Of a stretch of DNA of 64,000 nucleotides, positions 1 through 13,900 are shown piece after piece (within the stretch, counting starts at the first letter, position 1; the number at the start of each line of letters is the position of its first letter). The notes below the pieces were generated by a model, which searched no databases, was not told the origin of the DNA, and was given only the letters and a program-made list of their open reading frames with translations. The stretch is from the NCBI GenBank assembly GCA_949358305.1, contig OX442314.1, forward strand, positions 15,376,001 through 15,440,000, written 5' to 3'. The translations under genes and the position numbers were made by a program. The stretch comes from Strigamia acuminata (taxonomy: Eukaryota).

Positions 1-3000
1 GAGGCAAAATTGATTCATTTCATTGAAATTCCACCTTTTTTTTTCTTGCCAGCACCTTACAAATGCAAGCAGCTTTTGCCTTTATCCTAATTTTAGTAGT
101 TTTGCTCCCTTTAGGCTATGAATAGCCCACTGGGGCTGCTCCACTTCCCATGAATGGGAAGACGATGGAAATCTTGTCTTTTCTGTTTGGTTTAGGGGGA
201 CTTCTATCGGCACCTGTTCCAGCTCAGATTACGCTGAGAAGTGACTTAGCATCCATTTCCAATGGTTTATTGAGTCGAACAAATAAAACAAAAAGTAAAA
301 TAAAATAAAATTTAAAAAAAAAAACATCCTTTTCGTTGTGGATGATTAATGCAAGTGTTGAGTATTTTGTTTCGTGTTTACAACGTTTGTTTTTTGTTTT
401 GTTTTTTGTTTTTGTTTTTATAATTTTTTTTTTGGATCGAACTTGTCGGATGCGAAATGTTCATTAGTGCAATTTGCTCGTTGATTTACGAGCTTTGTAT
501 GCAAATGAGTCGCATGGGGCCTAGCCTGATGGTAAATTGGTCACCGAATTTGGTTGTTGTGATGGATGATGATACATTGCGAGGAAGGAAAAAGTTTTCC
601 CTCGCCTCGGATGTTGTTTTCTTCGGCTTTCGAATCTCGACTTTTAATCCGATTAATCTGAGGACATAACACAAGGGAGAAGTGAAGTTGACACTACTGC
701 AAAAAGGGGATAAATAAGGAAATGGATGGTGGCACCTCGTGACAAGATTGAGATTTAAGTAAACAGGCATGCGAGATGGCGAAGGGGGATTAAAAGGAAA
801 GAGGTGAGCGAGAAAATGCGTAAATGTTCGGCGAAAAATGTTTGTTGTTGTTTGTGGTTTTGTTGTTACGTAGTGCAAAGACACCAGTTTAGATCTTAAT
901 TGCTTATAACGAGGAGATCGATGAATAAAAGATGGAATGTTGTATAATTCGACTTTATATTCATGCTAATTTTAAGCGGGAATGACGTTGAATGATGGTT
1001 CCACGTTGTCGAGCTGAGAGTGTCACCTCGTGGTTGTGCTTTGTCCATCTATTAAGTGACCTGAGAGCCCCTCGTCGACCATTGCAAGGCTGGCCTTAGA
1101 AGGAGCTACGAGAGCCACCTAGTGGCAATTAGATGTTATTTATGAAGTGGTGCAGGCAAAGCTTTTTACAACGAGTCCCCAGATGATTTTTATATATACT
1201 GTTTGGGGTTAAAGTGGAGAGTGTAATATGTTTCTGGTAGTCAAATATTTCAATATATAATCTCCATTCCCCCTTTTGCCCCCTTCTTTTGGTAATATTT
1301 TGTATTTTTTTGGTGGTTTAAAGCTCTGTTTGGGGGCTATTTTAGCAGGTAATTTGTTTATTTTTGTTTGTTTCATTTTCTCTGTCCATATTGATCCATC
1401 GCTAACAACTCTCGCATCCGCCCACGCACCAATTGATATTGAACCGTGACACTAGCACCGTTTCTGGTGGAAAATAACAGTTTTTGAACTTAGGTGGAGC
1501 TGAATGTGGGGCACGATGGACGGTGGATGAATGATGATTACTTAACTGGACACGGAGAGCTAAACACAAATGTGTGTGAAATTTCAGAGAGTTTGACGCG
1601 GATAATAATTATTGGAGAAATTCACGACTTGTTTTTCATACGCCTGCCACACTTTTTAAAACTTATTGTATTGTTAACGGAAAATTATGAGATAAACATA
1701 TGTTGTCAAGGAAAAAATAAAAGTGATGAAGCATTTTGAGGCTTTAAAATTATCGAGCATATTTTTATACACGCAGAAACAGATGGTGATGAGTGCAGGA
1801 AATGTAAAAGAATGTTGTAAATTGAAATGAAGTGCGCTGGGTTCACAGTATAAAGAAATGAAGAAAGAAAAAAAATTCTTTTATATTTATAAATAAATGG
1901 TTAAATGGGAGGGTATTTTTATAGGTGAAATATTTTTGCGATGTTGTGATGCGGTGACCGCATCTGGTCTAAGTGAAATAACAACTCGGCACATCCTGGG
2001 TAAATGGACGCTTTCATAGACTTGATATTTTGTCTGAGTAAGTGTGTATAAATAGATTAAAAATGAGAAAAAACGAGAAGCAAAATTAGAAGCGTGTTTT
2101 GACGGAGTAAAAATAAAAGAAACGTCGGTGGAGTTTTCATTTGGAGTTGATTTCTGAATAAATAGAAAGAGTTTTAAGAAATGCAATCAACTCTACAGGG
2201 AGTTAATTCCATATGTTTTGAACTCTCTCACCTGAGTTTGCGTGTTGGCGGGGCTTAAGGATGGAAAATCGGTTCATTTTGTGACCAGTGTCCACACCAT
2301 GTAGATTAACTAAGTTTTGTCGTAAAGTCCATTTTGAAGTCAACTGTTCCCCAGTTGACCCCAGTGGAGTGTCGTTGTAGTGGGTTAGTGGACTTTGCTT
2401 GTTCCTTTTCAAGCATTTTCTTTATAGTGAGAGATCGCAGAGCGGACAATGTAGGGAGCAATCAGGGGGCTTAATGGGCAAAGTGAGCTGTTAAGCCGCC
2501 GGGTTCCCGCCGGATCCCGAGCCCCCTCGTCGTCTGAAATTTGTACCGAGACCATGCTGCGTCGAGCTGGTTAATTTCACGGAACCTGTTGAAAAGCAAA
2601 TCTTATATAACGGTTGGTTTTCATAAAGCGGGATTTATATTTCGCCGAAAAAGTCACTTTGGTTCGGAAAGGATTAAGTGAATACGTGTGTTTTGACAGG
2701 ATGAATGAGTGGAGATTTTTTTTATTTCGAGGTATTTGCACGGATATTTTTTCGTTTCGGAATGTTTGTTAATGACTATAAATCGCAAGAAGTGATGTCT
2801 TAAAACGATAACAACACTTTTATAAAGTTTTATGACGGTTATAACGTGAGCATTTAATGTGTATAATGTCAGTATTTTTCAAGTGGTTTCAAGTATAAAC
2901 TTTTTTTTTATTGCTTTTTAATTACTTTTTTTCCTAGCCAGACCCCCATCTGTGGATACTTTTCTCTCGTCGAGTAAATTATATATAAAATTACGGTATT

Positions 3001-6000
3001 TTATACTTGTGGTGGAGAATTTATTTCAAAGCTCTTTTCTAATTATTTTCACGCGGCTCAGACTCGTGGTCTCTTTAACAGAAATTTAATTTTTTTTTTT
3101 TTTACAATAAAAACAAAGCGATTTGACTATTTTATTGTTATTTTTATAGTTAAGTGAAATGAATTTATTTTTTTATTTTCGCATTTTAATAAAAGGTAAT
3201 AAAAATTACATTACCCATTATGGGCTGGAAAGGTTCGAAAAAGGAAATTACCATACATTAGACAAAAAATGGTTCGGATGGTAATTGATTTACGATTACC
3301 TTTTTTTTTTTTCCTTTTTTTTTTTTTTGGTTTTAATTTTGTTCGTTTTTCAAGCGATATCTTTGTGTGTACACACGAGTGACAGGTTGTCAGCATGTCA
3401 AACAATTAGACACGAATAGTAATTAAAAGTCACCTATCTATCGGGCATCATCGCATTCGCAAAGTGGCGTTTTCGTCGTGTGCTCATGATCTTTGTGCAG
3501 CGCAAGGAAAAATTCCACACTTTCGACCTTGGGAGTTGGTGAAGGGAAAAGTTGAGATAATTAACTTTGCTGGGCTGCACCAGCCCACAAGGCTTTACCA
3601 CTGATCTTGACGACCCCTCAGTTCTCCCTCTGGTTACATCCAAAATGGACCATGCTGTATTCATTTGCATTTTTGTCTGGACTTAGCCAACTGCAAAGCA
3701 TGGCGTAGAATTTTGATTTCCACAATTTTTTTTTTCAACTTATAAAAAATTAAAAGAAGAAGAAGAAATTAAAAAAAAAATTGTACTTAATAATAGGAGT
3801 TTTATTATTTATAGTGGTAATTTGCATTTTAAAATAATATTCACTTGTTTCTCTGAGACATGAATATTTAGTCTGGTTGCCTTTCGTGTCTCTTGGGTGT
3901 CTTAAATTCAAACGATAACCATCCCGAGGCCAAAATGGCGCAGAATTATGGCGGACTCCCATTGATGGTGGGGAAGTAGTTGGCATGGGAATTGTAAAAT
4001 GAGCAAAAGTTGAGTGGATATATGATGGGAAAAGGAGTTAAAATTAAAGTTGGACAAGATGTCGAGTTTGCGGTTTGGTTTGGGTTGTGTGCTTTGAGCT
4101 GTGTTGGTCGAAAAGTGATGATTTGCGTGTAGGTTTTCGTTATCCTTTTCCTTGTTTAATTTAAAAATTGAGAACGTGTGCAGTTCAGTTGCCTCTGATG
4201 ATGTCAGTCATTGATTTGCAGTTGTGCACGCCAGGCAACTTAGTTTGTTTTCCTATAGACCCCAGGTTGGATGCTCTCAGCACACCTGAAATAGATTTTT
4301 GGCGCCTTGTTGTCATAGTTACCTCAAGTGCCAACAAAAAGATGGTGCACGTGGCCAGTTGGCACTAATTAGTCAGTCGTCACCACCTGGAGTGCAGGCC
4401 AGGCATCCAATGGAAAAAGGAAGTTGTACTTCTGTTTATAGCAAATTCCACTGAGCGCCCATTTTAGTCCGCGTTGCTATGGGAACCATCTTTTGTTTAT
4501 TATTTGGCTAGAGGAAGAGATTTGAAAAAGTAAATAAATGCGGCAGGGTTTGGGAAATATCCAAAAAAAAATTGTCAAATCTTTTTTTAAAATTAATGAC
4601 AGTGAGGAAATTTGGATTTTAATATTTGTTTTTTTCTTTTTTCTATCAAAATTTAATGATAACGTGCGTGGAAAAGTTATAATTAATTTATTAATTTGTT
4701 TATTTTTATTTTGGATGTGAATTTTGTATGTTTTTATTTATATATATATATTTTTTTACGTTTGTTCCACTTTTTTGTTTCCAAGGGGTAAACATGAAAG
4801 TATTCTAAGCCATAAATTTTTGTGCGTTTAATAGTTTCCAAATTTGTCCTGTTTAGTTAAATTTATAGTTTGTTGCAAGATTCGGCTTGGGAGAAAAAAA
4901 AATTCTTTGGGTTTTCTATTTCCATCCATTTTGGGAGGTGTTCCGTTTGGCATGGCGTGAAACTATTTTTAAAAAATTTTACCCTGATTTGTTGAGTTAG
5001 ATGACAAAATTGGAGACATGTTTTTACAAGGAATGTCAAGTGGAATTTATTATAAAGTGACACATTTTTTGATACAATTTGAATTAAAATGTAGAAATTG
5101 AAGTTAAATAATACGAGGAGAAGGAAAAAAATGAATTGGAAAGATTAATGGGTTGGAATCATGAATCATTAGATGTTATGCTTATCACTGAAGTAACTGA
5201 CATGAACAGCAATTAAATGTGTTCATTCATGATAAATTTATTATATATAAATATGTTGTTTTTTTTTCGATATTTTTTTTTATGTGCATTAATTGAGATT
5301 ATACCGTTATTTTTATTTTATTTATTTTATTATTTTTTTTTTTAAATTTTAAAAAATCGCACAAGAATCTTTTCCACTGCAGCCATCTAGTGATAGAGAA
5401 GGACACTTTAAAATAAAAGTTTTGGCGGGAATGATTTAATGCGGGTTTTTAACGTACAAAATTATATGTTGGTAAAATAAAAAATTAAAAAAATTAAATT
5501 TATATCGACATATTTCTCTTTTCCCCCCTCTTAGACAAGACATGTTTTCTTTGCTGGGAAATGAATGCAAGTTTTTTGCGGTTTTGGGGTTTGATTAAAG
5601 TTATTTAAAAAAAAAACGGGGGGAAAGAATGTAATTTTTCTAATCCCATCGTGATGAGTTTTAAAAAAAAATTATTACACTTGTAAGAATTTATAGTACC
5701 ATATTTAAAAAAGTAAAAAAATAAAAAAAAATGGGCTAGATCTTACTCAGTTCAATCAATGTAATTAGAGGGTGCCACAATTGGAGTTTCTGAGCCTAGT
5801 GAAGATGAAAGGTATATATATGTTGAACAAAAAAAAAGTTGATGGCTAATGTGCAGATGCCGAGTGAAATAGCCGACTTCAAGGTCGAACATTAATGGTA
5901 AGCATTAATGTTGAAGGCTATTCGTTTTTTTCGTTGATGTTGTTGTAATTTTTTTGTGTTAATAACCTGAAAGAGTTGTGCAAGTTGCTACTTAGAAAGG

Positions 6001-9000
6001 TTTGTTCTATTTGTATAAACTATTTCTTTTTTTGGCCTTTTCTTAATAGAAGTTGTGATAGCGTTTGTGTTTGATGTGGAGTTTGCGCAGTTTGATAGCT
6101 ATTCAGTGCCCCACCCTGCCCCTAAGCTATCAGCCCACCCTTCGGCACAAGTTGAAAATGGAAAACATAAAAGGCTCAGTGTGAACAAAAAGGAGGACCT
6201 CGATGTAACAAATTATACCTGCCGTTCCGTTTTATTATCACTTCGTTATTCAGAAGTTGTAAGATTTTTTTACTTGAAATGAGCGGCTGAAACCCCGGTA
6301 CGCCAGAATTGTATTGAAATTGAATGGAATGGCATTTCGTTGTAGAGAAAAGCGTCGCTCAGGAAATGTCGGACGGTGAAAACGGCCGAGTGATAAGGAA
6401 CCCGTGGACGGTCCAAAGAGGGGGAGAAAAAAGGGACCTCGGCTTGACTCGGGGCTTGAATGTATCTGTCTCCGGAAATGCCCTTCCCCATAGGGATCCT
6501 GTCGCTGACCAATGCGATTGCATTTTTTTTTTCTACGCTATTATTTTTTGTTTCAATTTTTTTGAGAGAGCAAGTCGAAGCGATTCAAGTTTTTGGGGGC
6601 TTCGTTTAGGTTTCTAATCGAGTTAAAGGTTGAGGTGTAATAGAAAAGGAAATGAGGGTATATAAAAGGGTAAAATTGGGGTGGACGATGGTCATTGCAG
6701 GGTCATTGGGAATCCCATCGAGTATTTTATGGCGGTACTTAGAAAGGGTTGAGTGTAATGGGAAAGGGGTGTCTTGATCCAATCACGGGCGGGAATGAAA
6801 AGTCTTGATTTTTCTTATTTCTCTTATTTATTTATTTTGTTGTTTTGTTGCGTTAATTGGATATTGCTAATTACCCTTAATAACAATGAAAATAAAAATA
6901 ATTTGTAATATAAGGAGAAATGGAATCCCGTTGTTAATTGGTAGTCTTAAGCTCATTGACTTGAGCTGCTAGTTCATCCAAGGATTAGAAGACGTCGTTT
7001 CGCTTTATCAGCTTCAAATTTATGATCTTTGTGTTTGAGATTGTGCCGAACGAGTGGATTAAATGAGAGAGCGAGAAATCCCTAAAATACACAAAATAAG
7101 AATCCAACATTCGCTAACTCACGGCACGGCGAAGAGAAGTGGAGTGGAGTGGAGGAGGAGGGTTAGAAGACGAGAAAGGGGAAAGGGGATTGTGTGCGCA
7201 AGCACATGCAGGTATGCTATGCAATTAGTGCATTCGTTAATGGCGAGGCATAGTTGGAATAATCTCATACTCGCACCCCGTGACCTCTCGGTCGACGAAA
7301 TTCGTCGTGTAATACGCGCGCGGGAGCCGCTTAAGTGGCCGTTACCTGGTCATGAAAGGGTTTTAGGGGTTTGATATGTAGCGCAGAGTCGTGTTGGCAA
7401 CCCGTGTTTTAGTTTTGGGTGTAATGCGAATTCCATTCTGCTCGCTTCTCTTTGTGGTTGTGTTGTTGATGGTCAAGTTTTTGGACATTAGCTTCGGACA
7501 CAATAGTGGACATGGGCGTGGAGTTGGATAAAATGACCTTTGGAATTGTTGGCATTGTTGGTGAATGCCTTTTACAAGGGGAAATATCGTTCTGTATTAT
7601 TTTTATGAGGGTGGTCATTGGCTCGCGTTAGTGGAATGCGATTCAAGTGATTCTCTTTTGTTTTCTTCCCATCCTTTTTGCGATGGGGAGTTTAAAATAT
7701 GTTTTAATCTTCTTGGATGATGTGATCCGATTATCGAAATTACTCTGGTAATTTTAGAAGAGGACTGGAAAAAAAAGTTTTAGTAAGCCGCTTTTTTTTT
7801 TTTGCTTTTATTTTTTTAATACTTCGGATAGAAAAGTTTTGTTTGTAGTCTCGGGTTGGCAGAGTCGAATGCTCTTTTGGCACAATTGGTCTCGCCACCA
7901 TGTTGACTGGATTTTTTTCCCTTCACTGGCGACTAATACGGTCAAATCCCCGTGCAATTTGTCACTGTCAAAGCCAAGTCAGGACAAAGTAAGGCCTGCA
8001 TCGAAAATTGAAAACTAAGTCCTCGTCTGAGTTGGCCATCAGCTAGATGGTCTTGGGGGACTTATTTTTTTTCTTTTGCCTTTTTTTATTTATTATTTCA
8101 ACCTAGCATTTGACGTCTATATCGACCTAGTACCTTCAATTCAATCTCTTTTTAAGATGATTTTAAGTGCTTTTTACACATACTAGTATAATCAATAAAT
8201 ATTACAACAATATGAATACATTTGATGTGTTTTAATTGTTAAATTTTGATTTATTTCGGTAGAAGTAAAAGTTGTAAAGTGAAAATATAAAAGTAAAGTT
8301 TGTAGGCAGATATTTACAATTTTAAGTTTATTGCTGAATAAAATAGCGATAGGAAAGTTGGTTTTTAACTTGCTTGTAAAATAAACTTTTTTTTTTATTT
8401 CTTTCTTTTTTTCTTTGTGAAATTGAATGCTGTTTCCTTTAGTAGATGGTCATTGGCTATGTCATTGAATTTTTATGGCATCCAACAGATATGAGTTGGG
8501 CCAATGCCCACCCATTCCATTACATGGGAGATGGAGCAATCCATGAAGTCAGTTTTAACTTGTTTTATATATACTGGTCTTGCAGTTATATAAGCTTATA
8601 TTTTTATACAGTGGCCCTACGAGTCTTCAGACGACGCTTTTACAGCCTAACTCTTTGTTTCTTTTTTCTTTTGTTTCTGTTGGGTGTTTTTTGTTAATAA
8701 CTTTTCAAATGAATAGTGTGATGTGGAAGTGCAAGTTGAATAGTAATTATAGTGGATATGAATTTGCAGTGGCACTTTGTTCGAACGAAGAAGCAATTCA
8801 TCATGACCAGCGGGTTGACATTTACCACGTACACAGGTGGCACAAGTCCACTTCCTGTTGCAAAGTAGAGGTGTTGTTCTGTGGTGGGAGGTTGGTCGTG
8901 TTTCCACTTCTGATGGGATGCCATTAATAATTTTTGGCAAGAAAATTGTGTTGGGAAATTTATCATTTATGGCTAAGGGATCAAGTAATTTGTCCCTAGG

Positions 9001-10779
9001 TCCGACTTGAACATTATATTTAGGCTACACTCCCGGATACCCCTATTACTTAATTTCCATGTGATTATTATACGAGGGAACAAATACTGGCTGAACATAA
9101 ATTGATTTTAGATTACAAGATAACGCGAGATAGACAAAAACGAAGGCGGCAATAAATTAAAACGGTTTGTAATTATAAGAAGGAAAAATAGTAAAACTGA
9201 ATTTATGCTTTTACGCCTTGTAGGGCCGCGGTCAGGTTTCTTGTTTAACTAGTTTTACTAGTTATCAAGGAGATTTCCTACAGTCCAAAAAGGGCTCTCG
9301 TGTTTTTTGGCGCGGAATGGAAGAAAGTTGTGTGTCATTTGACGACTCGGCTTTTGAAATTGAACAATTGCTTTAATAATGCACCGTTTGCCATTATGCC
9401 GAGAAGCAACACGAAGCCCCTATACAGTTATTATAAAAGAGGCAATTATTGCAGACTCGATTTAATTTCAATTTTCACACGCTGCATTTTATGGTGTCAT
9501 CATTTGAGACGTTAAAGCGCCATTTGCATGCGAGTTTAATCCTCATCCAGACCACTTTGTGTTGGTTAAACTTACAATTAGTCCTGACTATAAGAGTCCA
9601 ACGACTTGAGCCTCTTTTCCCCACTTAATCCTAAAGACGCATTTTGAGTGATGGTTAAGCTCTTCCCCGCGATAAAAGTTTCAGAATTGTCAACCTCGTT
9701 CCACGTTGCGTCAGATTTTAGCTTCTCCACCTTTGTAACTCGCGTCCGTTTTTCTGGGTTTCACTCATAGTCTGCTCTCTTTATTATTATTACTGTTGCG
9801 ACGAAAGAATCGATAGTGATTGGTGTTTGATAAGAGATATGAGTCTGACTTGTTTTCATGTGACTTGAAGGAGGGGACCGTAAATGGTAGACGAGACATG
9901 CCATTTTGTTTTATGCTCACGCCAAATTTACGGGATCCTTTTAGCTCTTAGATTTTCTTTTATTTCATTGATTGATTTTCACATGAAGGAAGTGCGTTTT
10001 TAGTTTAGTTTTACAAATCAATGCTAGATTTATTTATTTTTGAGTGAATTTTAGCTTTGCTAGACAGATGGTCATCAATTGATTCATTTTTTTCCCTCTT
10101 GCTTTTTTTATTGTTCTCTATTCATCCTTAAGTAACTTAAACTCCATTTTACTTGTGCATTCAACAATGTTGCCGTAATGAGAATGACAGGTGTTGTGTT
10201 TGTGGTCCGTTGAATCCAAAGCAGCTTAGGAGTTGACTTTTCCCCTCTTTTCCCTACAGAAAGACAAACTCGTGCAGGATTTGTGGTGCTGTGTGGTCTT
10301 TTAGCACAAAGTCTTTCTCCCCCGAATTTGAAGAGAACTTTTAACTTCTCGGACCGTCTTTTCACGGTCCTGCCTTCTTTTTGCGACCCCATAATCGCAT
10401 TGGGGGGGACTTAGAAGAGGGGAAACGACGAGCTTGACCTCATTCCATCAGCTCCTCCTTGCTCAATGCTCTTTCTAAAGTTCTCCAGGGAAGAGGGAAA
10501 AGAGAAATTTCAACTAAAGTGGAAAACAATGAATTGTAAAGGGTTGGTAACAGGTGAGTTTATAATTCGGATTTTATTTTTAGAATTTATAGTTTTGTTT
10601 TTTTTAGAATAAATTTTTTTTTTATTTATCTACCGTATTTATTTTTCTACCTGGATGCAGCGTTGATTGCTTTGGGTTTTATTACGCTGCTTGTGGACTA
10701 CTTTAAAAAGATGCTATTTCGAATGGTGGTAGTTGCACTCAGGATCATGCGCAATGCGTGTGTTGGACAAAGTTTGCTG

Positions 10780-10945
10780 ATGGGATTTGGTTGACGCGTG
10801 TTTTTCTATTGGCGGATTCGCGAACGTCCATCTTTGTGGGCGACCAATATCCGGTTTCGTAACAGAAAGCGAGGCACGATGTAGAGACTGCCTTTCAACT
10901 CGTTCAAGGGGGCGCGTGGGCGTGGCAAGATGCGAAGGCGGAGGA
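10780..10945. promoter_or_regulatory. Intronic promoter- or enhancer-like island
   Basis: ATTGG at 10808-10812, CCAAT at 10844-10848, GGGCGTGG (Sp/KLF type) at 10918-10925 and locally raised CpG. Confidence 0.3.
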
Positions 10946-13900
10946 TTAAAAGCGATGGTGGTGGGTTTTTTCTTTAGTTTTTTTTTTTGTGTGGTATTCG
11001 TTCCTTGTTCGTAGGCGTCTGTTGTTTTTGTCTCGCGTTTTATTAAGTGATGGGAAAAGAGCACTCAAGCGTTGCTCTTGCGCGTTCCTTGCTTCGCTCC
11101 CCTGGTGTGTTTTATGGGCTCCACTTCTTTTTCACAGTTGTTTGCCTTGGAGATGTCGCGTGTAAAAGAGTTTGGAGGATTTTTGTCTTTTTCATTACAT
11201 TTCATTAGGAATTGTTTTCCACTCTGAATCTTTGTTTTTTGGAAGCGAGGATTTTCTTTAATTTTTTTTTTTTTGTTAATTTATGGATATAAATTTTAAA
11301 ATAAGTTTTTTTTAAAAAAAAATATCATCCAATTAGTTGCTGTAAGCATCTGTCGCTTTTAAATGAGAAATTGGATAGTATCGAACACACTAATCTCACC
11401 GTTGGATTTTATTTTTATTTTTTATTTATTTATTTAATTTGGTGAAAAAAAATAAGGATGGAATTTTTCCGCTTTAGGCATTGATTACGGTATTTTTTTT
11501 CTCGTTGAAATTTTTCCATTAAGTTAGGATGATGGAGTGAAGCTTGATTGATGCGAGGGTAAAGTATGCTAAAGTAGGATTTGGGCTCCGACAGTTGTAA
11601 TGGGGACGAATGGGGGTTAGGCGTCGCTATCCTGCTGGGTTCCTTCCTATCACGCAAATGGGGAGAAAATTCTCTAGAAAACAGTTGGAAAATCGTGTCT
11701 TACACAATCAAAACTATTCTTTTTACATATACATTTTATTTACAAAGTAAGTTTAGTTAATGATCAATTGATTTTATGCTTTTATTTTTATTATCTTTTT
11801 ATGACGCAGGGTAAATTCATTCATTTGATAAATTATTCAATTTGGAATTGGCAGTCTTTTTTAATGTTAATGTTTATTGTGATAGTATATTTTTTTCTAG
11901 TATCGAAGATTATACACCCCATAAAACATTGAGGAATTCACAAAATCCGGCTTTTACTAATGCCGTGCCATTTAGAGATTAACTTTTCCACCCTCTTCGC
12001 CCTTCCCTTTACTCTCTCGTCCATTTAATATTCTAGAACGAAACTTTTCGGCCTTTACAAAGTTATTTTTCTATACATTTATATAAAGTGCGGTAAGTGT
12101 TCCGTCATTGATGTTTTTTTCAACCCCCAATTGACAGCTCAAAGTGAGTTTCGCTGCACCATCTTCTGTGGACCTTCAATGCCATTTGCGAAAATAATAT
12201 TACGGGGAGGTTGAAGGCCCCATTGCTGCTGGCACCACGCCACACATAAGCATTAAAGTTGCATTGAATAATTTTAAGGTTTAGTTGGAATTCAATCAGG
12301 AAAACGGTCAACTAATACGATAAAAAGAAATAACAGTTTGTGGTAAAATTAATTTTTTTTGATTGCTCGGAGAGGGAAGAACGTGGAATGGAATTGAAGT
12401 AGAAGACATTTTGTTTTTTATGGTTTATGAATAAATTAGTCGGATGGAGTGTGTTACAGTTCTTAAGTTGATTATTTTTGGAGAAGTTTGGAGGAAAGTG
12501 CAAGAAAAAAAAGTGAGCAAGGAAAATAAAATGAGTTTGGAAAAATCGAGTATGGAAATGAAATTTTAAAACGATTTTCAAAATTGAAAGAGGGGGCAGG
12601 AGGGGGAGAAGGAAATTTAATGTAATCGACGCCATTTTTCACGCATTTGACTTAGCATGAAATGAATTGATGTCCATTTTGCATGTTTTAGATGTTGAAA
12701 TTCGTCATGTGGATCGATACTATATTATTGATTGGGGAGAGTGTGTACTTGATGGAGTACATCAGTGACGTGCCCCTTCCGCTGCCGTCCCGCCTCCTCC
12801 CTCCCATCAGTCTAAGCAGCGATGTGTGTATCGAGGATGCTCCATTACTTTGACAGCATCCACTCAACTCATGTCACCTGCAATATAGGATGATAGGGAT
12901 ATTGACCTGACTCCCCCCTTATTTTTAATAAGAAAAGGCTTGAATTTGTTGACAGTTTTAATGGACTGAGAGTTTAATAAAAGACTGGATTATTGTTGAG
13001 TAGGTCAAATATAAACTCAAGAAGGTTAAACATTATGAATATAATCTCGTATATGAAATTTTGTGTATAAAATTTGTGTTATTATTATAAAATTATGTAA
13101 AAAGTTTTCAAATGTTGGTAGGAAATGTCCAACAAGCTTGAATAGACATGAAGGAATGTTAGTTGTTGATTGAGATTTGTGTCCCTTGTTTGTTGATGGC
13201 CACTCCACCAATAGCGGAAGCAATAAAAAAAGGAACGGGGGAGGTCGAGGATACGTCCATTGGCCACTTTTTTTTTGTTTTAGGCCTAGGAGGGTTAGGG
13301 TTTAGTCTTAGGGCACAAATGACCATGACCACCCCCGGTTTGAAGAAAGTAGTAGCAATGAGAGATGGAAAGTTGGTGCTGTATGTCGAGGTCCACTGCA
13401 GGAGGGTTGGTTGGTTGTGTGTAGGCCAGTAGGGGTGATGAATGGCTTGTCTGGGCGAAGGGGGTGGAAAGCCATGCACCCAAGCATTTCATTTCAGAGG
13501 GCAGAGATTGTAAACAAATAAATTGTTAGCACGAGATTCGTGGAGGCCATTCATTTCTCTTCTCTATCTTCCATATCCGCCATTTGCGAAGGAGAGAACG
13601 GGAGGTGGTCAGGAAAAGAGAAGTTGCATACAGAAAGAATGTTCGGCTCTCGGAGCGATTTATAGCTTGTTACAACTCGTGTTGTTTGGGAAAAAATTGG
13701 TATTGTGGCAGTTTGATGAGTGACGGGAAATGAGGTCGTTTATTTTATTGCTAAAAAAAATTATTCTTTCTTTTTTTCTTCGTCTTGGTGGAGTAGAGTA
13801 TTTTATTAGTTTGGCTTTTGCATGTTTTATGTTTTTGGAGTTGGGTAAACATTGAGATTGCTATGTTTTTGTATATGTTGAAGTTGTAATTGATTGTTTT

